A stretch of 64,000 bases of DNA. Source: Escherichia coli (GTDB lineage Bacteria > Pseudomonadota > Gammaproteobacteria > Enterobacterales > Enterobacteriaceae). The stretch is from the NCBI RefSeq assembly GCF_041886205.1, contig NZ_CP169029.1, one strand, 5' to 3'. Positions 10,790-19,690 of the stretch are shown here, one piece after another (the first letter of the stretch is position 1; each line of letters starts with the position of its first letter). Below the pieces are notes generated by a model. It was given only the letters and a program-made list of their open reading frames with translations, was not told the origin of the DNA and did no database searches. The position numbers and the translations under genes were made by a program.

Positions 10790-11553
10790 GGTAATGACTC
10801 CAGTCAGTAGTACAGTGTTTTCGACAAATGAACCAATGGCTTTTCGTGAATTTCCAGGGAGCGTGAAAAGCAAATCGTTTTCCGGGCTGGTCGTTTGATG
10901 TGAGTACGAAGTGTCAGATTGTTGCACTCAATGCGCCGGGTAAATATCTTGCCGACAAGATGCTTATCCTGTGGCATTTCTCTGGTATAACTGCTCCGGT
11001 TGTCTCTGGTTATCATGCCTGTGGAGAATGGCTTCAGGAGTTCCGGCAACTCACGACATGTTTCATCAGTGCGAGGACCAAAAGTGTAAGCCAGCACACC
11101 TCCAGATTTGGTGTTATACGCATACCAGTGCCACTGCTGACGAGCTTTGTTTTCGACAAAACTCCATTGTTCATCAAGTTCGCAGATAAGCGTCACATCG
11201 GCACTGGCGACTGGAGATGTGGTTACTTTGCGTGGTGAGCGTTTTATAAAGTGAGAATGACGGTGTTGATATCCACCTTCAGCGTTCTGGAACTATCGCG
11301 AACCCCGACTCCGTTATGAACCATTTCAACAATTTGCTCTTTAATGCCTGGTTTTCGGGTTTCGTAGATGTAATTCAGTTGAAATACACACGTTTGCAGG
11401 ATTAGCACTGGAAACGCTCATGATCTGAGGTGCTGTGATCATAATGGTACACTTTATAGGAATTACAGCTGGGAGAATGTACTGTAACTGTTGCCATATG
11501 GTCTCCAGATACCAATAGAATACCACATTAATCTATCGTCAGAAGGCATCACC
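10790..11553 (-). mobile_element. Degenerate IS1-family element (764 bp; insA frameshifted, insB N-terminal region degenerate)
   Basis: Terminus GGTAATGACTCC at 10790; ORF 10804..11196 matches IS1 InsB C-terminal half (QWHWYAYNTKSGGVLAYTFGPRTDETCREL...KTICFSRSLEIHEK); manual translation upstream gives InsA-like MATVTVHSPSCNSYKVY... then, after a frameshift, LNYIYETRKPGIKEQIVEMVHNGVGVRDSSRTLKVDINTVILTL; other terminus ...GCATCACC at 11546-11553. Confidence 0.65.
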
Positions 11554-11693
11554 GGGGCCTTCTGACATAATCTGTTAATACGTGTACTATTACCCTGTTC
11601 AGAAAATATTGATTCAAAAATGAAAACCAGTTAACAGAAAAGCAAAATGATATAATGTTAAAATTTTATATAGTGCAATAAAAGGAGAATGTT

Positions 11694-13511
11694 ATGTATA
11701 ATTTTATCACTATAATGTATGATGTCTTTTCATGTTTTGGTGTTCTGGCTAAAAACCAGAATACCCGTGACATCCGAAATATTAAAAATTTTTCCTCACA
11801 TCAATATTCACTGGGCGACATGTTTGATGAATTAATAAACATTATTGATAAAGAACAAGTATTGAGTACAGAACAACGAAAAGTTATATTTAGGAGATAT
11901 GAAGATCTCTATGTTAAGCTAATGCACTATTCTGTTTTTACAGACCAAACACATCAAATAATAAAACAAAAATATTTTAATGACATTGTACCAATGATTC
12001 TCGCACTCGACATCAGGAACACATATCGCCCGGATAATGAGATGGCATTTTACTATCATATTCATTCTTTTCTCACTCAGATACCGGATAATGAGGATGA
12101 TATATATCATGCTGCAAGGACATATCTGCGAAATTACGTTAAGTTATGTTTATCCGGATACACACCAGCGAATGCGCATTTCAAAGATATCTTTGATGGC
12201 GTATATGAATTCATTCGTAATATTCGCAAAAACAGTACACCAGGAAAAACAAAACTTATCGCAACTATCAACACATGCAAAGAAACCTGTAAACATCTGC
12301 TTTATTTAAGTAATGAAGACAAGGAAAAAATAATTTCTGACTTAGATAAAGTTCAGGTTGCATGTTATTATCTCACTATATTACTGGCTTTCGAAAGACG
12401 AACTTCATTAACAAGCACCCTGGCAACTTTATATAAAATGCTGATAAGCGAAAGAGAAGTTTCAGAATATGAATGCCAGTTATTATATTTAACCAACCCA
12501 ATAGATGTAATGAATATACTGAACAAATACATATATTACTTTCCTAATGAAAACTCACCATTTTATACACTGAAAATTGACAGTGCATTATCGTGGGATG
12601 CCATTGACGCAATACGAGACTATAGTATTTCTGATATTTATCTTTATCCTGAACAAAAAACAATAAATTGTGTCGTTGAGATTGAAAACATTGTCTTTGG
12701 CGGTTACATTTATACATTGAACAACGGCGTCACATTACAAAACATAGAAAACACTTTAAAAGATTCTTCATGCCATTATGTCTTAAATGGCTATACAGAA
12801 TTTGTTAACTGTTTGATACAACTTACTTCAGGAAAGACTGAAAGTGTTCATCGCACCATCAATAAACTGAACTATGAGAAATTACCTTTTGGATTTATCA
12901 TTGCCGCGTTTGCTATACTAAAGATAGCATTTAAAATAAAATTCAGTAAAAATCATGTAAATATCCGAGCATTATTAAATGACATCAATTATTTTATGAC
13001 TTATCAGGGCGAGTCCATTAACCTTATTTCACTGGATCACGAATACCCAGAGTCCTGTCTTCAAAATGACACAAACACATATTTATTAGGAAGAGTAATA
13101 TTTCTGTATAACTCAATGATTTATAAGTTCATAAACTGTCAGGAACATGAAACCAATAACATTCACTCAGCTATGATAAATAACCTATTACAGGAAGTTG
13201 ATATAGCCCTTGGTAAAATAAATAACATTATAGACAGCAGAAACATATCAGCCCCCCATGAACTGGCAAATATTCTTACCCGCGAAAAAATACTTACAAC
13301 ACGGGAAAAAAAAGGAAACCTGATAAGCCTGTTTGATGGATTCACTTTATTCCATTGTGTTGGAATGATAACCTTTCTTATCCATTATCTCAGAACACCT
13401 GAAGAAAAAGTTGAAAATATATTTATGTTATATGGTGCAGATAAAAACAATAAACTACGCAGAAGACTGATTTATGACGCACTAGGAATAATTCAGTCTC
13501 AGCAGGAGTGA
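11694..13511 (+). CDS. Hypothetical 605-aa protein, AT-rich cargo gene in the int-alpA hotspot; no recognisable catalytic motif
   Basis: Long uninterrupted ORF in very AT-rich DNA; SD aaaggaga 5 nt upstream of ATG; TATAAT at 11651-11656; convergent with integrase. Confidence 0.7.
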   Translation: MYNFITIMYDVFSCFGVLAKNQNTRDIRNIKNFSSHQYSLGDMFDELINIIDKEQVLSTEQRKVIFRRYEDLYVKLMHYSVFTDQTHQIIKQKYFNDIVPMILALDIRNTYRPDNEMAFYYHIHSFLTQIPDNEDDIYHAARTYLRNYVKLCLSGYTPANAHFKDIFDGVYEFIRNIRKNSTPGKTKLIATINTCKETCKHLLYLSNEDKEKIISDLDKVQVACYYLTILLAFERRTSLTSTLATLYKMLISEREVSEYECQLLYLTNPIDVMNILNKYIYYFPNENSPFYTLKIDSALSWDAIDAIRDYSISDIYLYPEQKTINCVVEIENIVFGGYIYTLNNGVTLQNIENTLKDSSCHYVLNGYTEFVNCLIQLTSGKTESVHRTINKLNYEKLPFGFIIAAFAILKIAFKIKFSKNHVNIRALLNDINYFMTYQGESINLISLDHEYPESCLQNDTNTYLLGRVIFLYNSMIYKFINCQEHETNNIHSAMINNLLQEVDIALGKINNIIDSRNISAPHELANILTREKILTTREKKGNLISLFDGFTLFHCVGMITFLIHYLRTPEEKVENIFMLYGADKNNKLRRRLIYDALGIIQSQQE

Positions 13512-13698
13512 AACGTTAAAACAGGCAAATTGTTTTTTATAAATAGGAGATTGTTGAGTAATCCCCTGTTTATAAAAATACGCTTTCCTGACGATCTGAT
13601 AATTATCAGCTCAATACATTTGACATAAAAGCGGTTCCTTAATTACTACTGCCACGATCACATATCAAATCATGATCGTACAATATACATTTTCACTA

Positions 13699-14901
13699 TT
13701 ATTTATTCACAATTTGAGACATCACATAATCCGCCCATGCCTGCATCATCGGTACACGCTGCTCCAGTAGATCAGTACGATGATATGCCGCCTCAACCTT
13801 ATTTTTCAGCGTATGAGCGAGCGCCCTTTCCGCCAGATCCCGCGAATACCCCTGTTCACTACACCAGTCCCTGAATGTTGAGCGAAAACCATGTGCCGTG
13901 GCAACTCGCCCCGGAATGTCACTGACGGCTTTCTTTTTACGCAGAAAACTTGTCAACACCATATCGGAAAGGATCTGCTGCTTTCTGGGTGAAGGGAACA
14001 CCAGTTCATCATGCAGGCCACGTATATTTTCCAGAATGTAAATAGCCTGCCGGGATAAAGGAACACGATGCTGTAGCCTGGCTTTCATTCTTTCTGCAGG
14101 TATAGTCCATACCCGCTTATGAAAATCAATTTCAGCCCAGCGCATTCCCCTGGCTTCGCCCGAGCGAGTTGCTGTAAGTATCACCATTAATAACAGTGCG
14201 CGGGTAACATTATAAGGTTCATCACTATACACACTGGTCGCCACAAAAAGCGGTAACTGCCTCCAGGGCATTGCTGGTTGGTGTTCATCACGTCCTCTTG
14301 TCTGCTGAGGAAGCAAATGGTCAACCACATCAACAGGATTTGCCACACAAAAACCGTGCGCCCATCCCCACTGCATAACAACATGAATGCGCTGTTTAAC
14401 CCGGCTTGCCGTTTCTGACAAGGTTAACCAGACTGGACGCAGTGTTTCTGCCACGTCCGCAGCCGTAATCGAATCCAGCGTTTTTGCTCCCAGTTGAGGA
14501 AACGCGTAATTCTCAAGCGTCGATAACCACTGCCTTACATGCTTTGGATTTTCCCATCCTGGAGACAATTCTGCATGTACACGCCTGGCTGCATCGGCAA
14601 ATGTTGGGATAACGACTTTCTCAGATTCAGCCTTTTTAATCTCCAGAGGATCATCACCTGCAGCAAGTTGCTCTCGCATTATCCGGGCAGTACGTGCAGC
14701 TTCAGCAATACTGACCTCTGGGTAAGTTCCCAATCCAGCATTACGTCTTTTTTGTGTCACCGGACTTACATAACGAAAAACCCATTTCCCCCGCCCCTTT
14801 ACTGAAGAAGGATGAAGGGTCAGTCCGGTAATTCCCCCATGGGGCAATGGTTTGTCATCAGGTTTGATATGTCTTGCTTTCGTATCCGTCAATACTGCCA
14901 T
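13699..14901 (-). CDS. int: Tyrosine site-specific integrase, P4/CP4-57 IntA-like
   Basis: 400-aa ORF; N-terminal LTDTKARHIKP...FRYVSP arm-binding-type region and C-terminal catalytic motifs (HGFRSTFRDW, LAH, Y in EAAYHR). Confidence 0.9.
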   Translation of the reverse strand: MAVLTDTKARHIKPDDKPLPHGGITGLTLHPSSVKGRGKWVFRYVSPVTQKRRNAGLGTYPEVSIAEAARTARIMREQLAAGDDPLEIKKAESEKVVIPTFADAARRVHAELSPGWENPKHVRQWLSTLENYAFPQLGAKTLDSITAADVAETLRPVWLTLSETASRVKQRIHVVMQWGWAHGFCVANPVDVVDHLLPQQTRGRDEHQPAMPWRQLPLFVATSVYSDEPYNVTRALLLMVILTATRSGEARGMRWAEIDFHKRVWTIPAERMKARLQHRVPLSRQAIYILENIRGLHDELVFPSPRKQQILSDMVLTSFLRKKKAVSDIPGRVATAHGFRSTFRDWCSEQGYSRDLAERALAHTLKNKVEAAYHRTDLLEQRVPMMQAWADYVMSQIVNK

Positions 14902-15044
14902 ACGCTAATTCCCGTCACTCTGGTATGCCATCCAGTATGCCATTAGTCTCTCGCTTCACTAAGAATACATTAGATAATATCGGACAACAAAAAGTGTAAT
15001 ACATTGTTTATAATGAAATTATATAACACCCCTGGATTAAGTCA

Positions 15045-15525
15045 GATTTATTTCAGGCGGTCCCCCTCACCGCCATATTTAAAGAAGAGCTCGTACGAAA
15101 GTACGGGCTTTTTTTTCGTATATTGCACACACCGGGGGGATGAGAATCCCCGACCGGGGGTCGACAACTGGCGGCAGCCAGTTGGACAGACCGTGAACGC
15201 AGTGAGCGGGCTGCCCGCAGGGCGAGCGAAGCGAGTCAATCCCCCCCTCACCGCCATATTTAAAGAAGAGCTCGTACGAAAGTACGGGCTTTTTTTTTCG
15301 TATATTGCACACACCGGGGGGATGAGAATCCCCGACCGGGGGTCGACAACTGGCGACAGCCAGTTGGACAGACCGTGAACGCAGTGAGCGGGCTGCCCGC
15401 AGGGCGAGCGAAGCGAGTCAATCCCCCCCTCACCGCCATATTTAAAGAAGAGCTCGTACGAAAGTACGGGCTTTTTTTCGTGTATTGCACACACCGGGGG
15501 GATGAGAATCCCCGACCGGGATACT
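15045..15525. repeat. Tandem direct repeat array, unit about 181 bp, about 2.7 copies
   Basis: Units begin near 15061, 15241 and 15421 with near-identical sequence; each has a terminator-like hairpin plus T-run (gagctcgtacgaaagtacgggcttttttt) and hairpins GGGGAT-GAGA-ATCCCC and CAACTGGC-N4-GCCAGTTG (loop differs between copies, stem conserved). Confidence 0.9.
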
Positions 15526-15528
15526 TAG

Positions 15529-16215
15529 TTAATGCAACGGTTCACTCTTTGTCGCCGCGACTAATGGGCGAATTTTGTCACGAGTCTCCCAGACCGGAGG
15601 GATTTCCTCCAATTTAGTGACAGAAGCTCGTACAAAAGGCACTCGTGCAAGAGTCATAATCGTATCCAACCAACGGTCACGAATAATGCGATCCGCCCTT
15701 TCATGACTCGGGTCATCCAGCTCAATAACACAGACTATTTTATTGTTCTTCTTTGAAACCAGAACATAATCCATTGCCATGCCATTATAAATTGCAAAGA
15801 AACGCTTTCTTTCTTCTTCGCTAAACTCAGGTTGTTCTGGATAGTTGAGCAAGCGCCCCAGAGAGACCTGGCAATGGATATGACAATAATGTCCAAACCA
15901 TTTCTCCAGATTATCGAAATACATTTTTTCACAACGCGTGATTAACCACTCTTTTCCTTCCAATAAAATACCTTCGGCAACCATTCCCTGAAATAACTCA
16001 TCTCGTTCTTGCCAACGAGAGTCACGATAGGTTTTCTGCGGTATATAGGTCCTTGTCGACGACTTAGCAGCAGGGGAAGTTGCAGATGAAGGGACTGGTT
16101 GCGATTTAGCGATGATTACCGATGAGGCAACTTTTCGGAGTGTCAATTTTCTGGCAACAGCAAAACCGGCGACAAATGCAATTGTCAAACAAGTTACAAA
16201 AGCCATAAAGCTCAT
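15529..16215 (-). CDS. Membrane-anchored protein with DUF2726-like (nuclease-fold) C-terminal domain
   Basis: 228-aa ORF: N-terminal hydrophobic helix, Ser/Pro-rich linker, C-terminal globular domain; family call from recalled similarity only. Confidence 0.45.
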   Translation of the reverse strand: MSFMAFVTCLTIAFVAGFAVARKLTLRKVASSVIIAKSQPVPSSATSPAAKSSTRTYIPQKTYRDSRWQERDELFQGMVAEGILLEGKEWLITRCEKMYFDNLEKWFGHYCHIHCQVSLGRLLNYPEQPEFSEEERKRFFAIYNGMAMDYVLVSKKNNKIVCVIELDDPSHERADRIIRDRWLDTIMTLARVPFVRASVTKLEEIPPVWETRDKIRPLVAATKSEPLH

Positions 16216-16761
16216 AATTAATTTTCACTTATCCATGTTGATTATATTTCATTACCAATGTTACTCGCTGAAGCGTGTTACATGCCAACAATGCAACGAT
16301 CAATATATAGTTAGTATCATGTTTTGATTATTACAACCATCCCTATTTTGCCATTGCAGCTTGCCTTCCACAAAAAAAATAACAACAAACAATATTAGCC
16401 AAAGAATTAATTAAGATTAACCTTGCATTTATAATATTATCCCTAAAGAATAAATCAGAGGAATATATTCGGTGTTAATCAGTCAGTCAAATTATGGCCC
16501 ATTGTTGATTAAACCTCATAAGCAAAATTGGCACCAGATCTCCTGTACAGGTTGAATGGCCGAAAAAAGATAGGCAGATGCTCGCTTTTTTGGCTTCTGG
16601 AAGAAAAACTCTCCGCACTGGCAGTATTACACTGGTCTGATGCTATGACGAAAAATGCCTGGTAAGAGTATCTAAACCAGACTCCAGTTCAGCTTATCAA
16701 CACGCTCAAAGTCGCCCCCCTGAACGCTAACCTGAAGTTAAAGTCTTTGCTGTTAATGAAA

Positions 16762-16790
16762 TAAAACAAAGCCCGGTTCGCCCGGGCTCT
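16762..16790 (-). terminator. Intrinsic terminator downstream of phoH
   Basis: GC hairpin AGCCCGG-TTCG-CCCGGGCT followed on the minus strand by a T-rich run. Confidence 0.5.
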
Positions 16791-16805
16791 GCACCGATAA
16801 CACAC

Positions 16806-17729
16806 TTAACTGTATGCATGCAGCGTACGTTGGCAAAGTGCCGAACGTACGCAATCCTCTTTACCGAACCGGACGATCCCAACCATTTCATCTTCTTCGA
16901 AACGTTCCAGCGCGTCACTTAATCCGGAGCACACGCCGCGAGGCAAATCGCATTGCGTGATATCACCGTTGACGATAACTGTCACGTTCTCCCCGAGGCG
17001 GGTTAAAAACATTTTCATTTGCGCGGCAGTCACATTCTGCGCCTCGTCAAGAATGACGACTGCATTTTCAAAGGTACGTCCACGCATATAGGCGAAAGGC
17101 GCAATTTCCACCTTCCCTATTTCCGGTCGCAGGCAGTACTGCATAAAGGAAGCCCCTAAGCGCCGGACCAGCACGTCGTAAACCGGGCGAAAATAGGGAG
17201 CAAACTTTTCTGCGATATCTCCAGGTAAGAAGCCAAGATCTTCATCGGCTTGCAGAACTGGACGGGTGACGATAATCCTGTCGACATCCTTATGTATCAG
17301 GGCCTCTGCCGCTTTTGCTGCGCTGATCCAGGTTTTTCCGCACCCGGCTTCGCCCGTGGCGAATATCAGCTGCTTACTCTCAATAGCCTTCAGATAGTGC
17401 AATTGCGCTTCATTACGCGCGAGGATGGGCGAAGTATCGCGACTGTCGCGGGCCATACCAATGGCTTCTACGCCGCTCATTTGCACAAGCGAGGTGACCG
17501 ATTCTTCTTCACGCTGCTTATGGCTGCGCGAATCCCGTCTCAGCACACGTTTTGCCTCGCGACGAGCTTTGATCACTGCTTTTTGTCTTCCCATGGAGAG
17601 CACCTTGAGTTGTTTGTATTCATCACACGCGCCGTTGGCAGCGCGATTATGCGCACGAACATCAGAGGGTTGGCTTCCTTGTAAGCCATAGTTTGCTTTT
17701 GGATAAAATGCCGAAAAACGGCTACGCAC
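16806..17729 (-). CDS. phoH: PhoH ATPase core ORF; N-terminal extension appears frameshifted, so the full gene would span 16806..17869
   Basis: ORF with Walker A GEAGCGKT; separate upstream ORF 17573..17869 (MVTSYTGHVLDNQ...) with SD ggag overlaps it in another frame. Confidence 0.8.
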   Translation of the reverse strand: MRSRFSAFYPKANYGLQGSQPSDVRAHNRAANGACDEYKQLKVLSMGRQKAVIKARREAKRVLRRDSRSHKQREEESVTSLVQMSGVEAIGMARDSRDTSPILARNEAQLHYLKAIESKQLIFATGEAGCGKTWISAAKAAEALIHKDVDRIIVTRPVLQADEDLGFLPGDIAEKFAPYFRPVYDVLVRRLGASFMQYCLRPEIGKVEIAPFAYMRGRTFENAVVILDEAQNVTAAQMKMFLTRLGENVTVIVNGDITQCDLPRGVCSGLSDALERFEEDEMVGIVRFGKEDCVRSALCQRTLHAYS

Positions 17730-18017
17730 ACCGTTTGCGGCGTCGGTAACACGAGTAAAGAGAGGAAGTGAGAAAAATACAGAGTGACGAAGTTGCTACC
17801 GGAGGAGAAAACTCCGCGAGTGGTGGCGCGTTGATTATCTAAAACATGTCCAGTATAGGACGTTACCATCCGCGATCTCCATAGTGACTGACTATCACTG
17901 CCGGGAACTTCCGCTGCTACTTAATAAGTACAACAGATCTCGCATTTATTGCAACAATATATTTACTTATATTTAACTATAAAACACCATTTTAGTGACA
18001 TTAGTTTCTACTGGAAA

Positions 18018-18036
18018 GATGACAGAGTGATGACAG
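18018..18036 (-). promoter_or_regulatory. Pho box (PhoB site) in phoH promoter
   Basis: Reverse complement reads CTGTCATCACTCTGTCATC, two tandem CTGTCAT half-sites, about 150 nt upstream of the ATG at 17869. Confidence 0.6.
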
Positions 18037-18070
18037 TGATGAAAAAAGCTGTGTGCTTTCAGCAGGATTT

Positions 18071-18400
18071 GCATCAGGCATCAGTGCACGATCGCCGGAT
18101 GCGGCGTAAACGCCTTATCCAGCCTACCAAACCCGCACCGATTATAGGCATGATAAGACGCGCAAGCGTCGCATCAGGCATCAGTGCACGATCGCCGGAT
18201 GCGGCGTAAACGCCTTATCCAGCCTACCAAACCCGCACCGATTGTAGGCATGATAAGACGCGCAAGCGTCGCATCAGGCATCAGCGCACGAACGCCGGAT
18301 GCGGCATCAACGCCTTATCCCGCCTACCGAACCCGCACCGATTGTAGGCATGATAAGACGCGCAAGCGTCGCATCAGGCATCAGCGCACGAATGCCTTAT
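18071..18400. repeat. BIME/REP array (three units of about 110 bp containing GCCGGATGCGGCGTAAACGCCTTATCC)
   Basis: Three near-identical copies of canonical REP palindromes between phoH promoter and efeB. Confidence 0.85.
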
Positions 18401-18413
18401 TCGCCTAAAAACA

Positions 18414-19685
18414 TTAAACCCGCAATAACGCGCTTCCGAGATAATCATTCGCGTCCTTCACTCCCGGCAGCGCAAAAAAATAACCGCCGCCGATGGGTTT
18501 AACGTATTCCTCCAGCGCTTCGCCATTGAGCCTTTTTTGTACTGTCAGGAAGCCTTTTTCCAGATCGTGTTGGTAGCAGACAAACAGTAGCCCCATATCC
18601 AGTTGCCCGGAGTTGGTGACGCCCAGTGAATAACTGTAGCCACGACGCAGCATCAGGCTGGACTCACTCTCCGCCGTACGGGGATTCGCCAGCCGGATAT
18701 GGCTGTCCAGCGCGATCACCTTCCCTTCAGGGTCGCTGGCGTAATCAGGCACATCATGCTCATGCTGCATTCCCAGCGGCGCACCGGTTTGCTTATCACG
18801 GCCAAAAATCGTCTGCTGTTCTTTCAGCGGCGTTCTGTCCCAAAATTCCACTCGAAACTGAATCAAGCGTACTGCCTGATAGCTGCCACCAATTGTCCAC
18901 GCAGGCTCCTGCTGATCTGCCGTTACCCACACCACTTTTTGCATCAACTTATCATTCTGGCTATCGGGATTGGCAGTGCCGTCTTTGAAACCCAGCAAAT
19001 TAATCGGCGTCTCTTTGCCTTTACTACGCGCTGCGTGATCGGAAATAAACCCTTCCCGCTTCCAGCGCACACTGAGCAAATCCGGCGTGTGTTTGATGAT
19101 ATCGCGCAGCGCATGGATCACCGTGTCCTGGGTGTTGGCGCAAATTTGTAGCAACACATCACCATGACATAACGCCGCATCCAGCGAGTCGTTGGGGAAA
19201 CGCGTCATCTTCTGCAACTTTTTCGGCATCTGTGGCGCAAGGCCAAACCGCTCATCAAACAATGAGTGGCCCACCGATAACGTTATGGTGAGATTATCGG
19301 GCGCAATGTAGCCGCCAAGAATGCCGGAATCGAGTGGTGGCAGGCGCGGATTTGGCGTTTCTGGTGCCGCTCCGCCCTGAGTCAGAAAAGCAAAACGCTG
19401 AGTCAACAAGCGAAACAACCGTTCAAGATCGGCTTTATCGCTGGCAAGCACATCAAACGCCACCAGCATCATTGCGGCCTGTTGTGGCGTCAGGATCCCT
19501 GCCTGATGCTCACCATAAAACGGCTGTTTCTCATTGCGTGCATCCGGTGAAAGCGTGCCCGGTGCACTTTGCGTTTTTTGTGCATGAACGACCGGACAAC
19601 TTCCCGCCAGCGCCAGCGCACCAATCCCTTTCAGTAAACGTCGGCGTGACGGTTCATTCACGCCGTTTTCATCTTCATACTGCAT
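18414..19685 (-). CDS. efeB: Dye-decolorizing peroxidase EfeB (Tat-exported)
   Basis: 423-aa ORF with twin-arginine signal ([10 protein letters not shown]); conserved operon position. Confidence 0.9.
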   Translation of the reverse strand: MQYEDENGVNEPSRRRLLKGIGALALAGSCPVVHAQKTQSAPGTLSPDARNEKQPFYGEHQAGILTPQQAAMMLVAFDVLASDKADLERLFRLLTQRFAFLTQGGAAPETPNPRLPPLDSGILGGYIAPDNLTITLSVGHSLFDERFGLAPQMPKKLQKMTRFPNDSLDAALCHGDVLLQICANTQDTVIHALRDIIKHTPDLLSVRWKREGFISDHAARSKGKETPINLLGFKDGTANPDSQNDKLMQKVVWVTADQQEPAWTIGGSYQAVRLIQFRVEFWDRTPLKEQQTIFGRDKQTGAPLGMQHEHDVPDYASDPEGKVIALDSHIRLANPRTAESESSLMLRRGYSYSLGVTNSGQLDMGLLFVCYQHDLEKGFLTVQKRLNGEALEEYVKPIGGGYFFALPGVKDANDYLGSALLRV

Positions 19686-19690
19686 AACGC

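Noticed and set aside
10900-11238. Plus-strand ORFs of 72-112 aa
   Set aside because: Antisense to the IS1-family insB coding region.
11341-11526. 61-aa minus-strand ORF
   Set aside because: Out-of-frame read-through of the degenerate IS1-like insA region.
10790-11562. Target-site duplication flanking the IS1-like element
   Set aside because: Flanks (AGAGGCCCT vs GGGGCCTTC) are only partly similar; no clean 8-9 bp duplication.
11694-13511. HEPN-like R-x5-H motif (RNISAPH) and nucleotide-binding motifs in the 605-aa protein
   Set aside because: A single short motif match without surrounding conserved context; no Walker A/B found. Too weak to assert a fold.
14902-15060. tRNA gene as attachment site next to the P4-type integrase
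   Set aside because: No tRNA-like sequence (T-loop GGTTCGAATCC-type motif or acceptor stem) seen by eye within about 300 bp of the integrase; unconfirmed without tRNAscan.
15004-15494. ORFs of 124-148 aa spanning the tandem repeats
   Set aside because: Internally repetitive products generated by the repeat periodicity; no RBS or homologues.
15045-15525. Possible CRISPR array
   Set aside because: Repeat unit is about 181 bp with no interspersed unique spacers and no cas genes nearby; it is a tandem direct repeat.
17949-18502. Three overlapping ORFs with repeated peptide sequence
   Set aside because: They lie wholly within the REP/BIME array.
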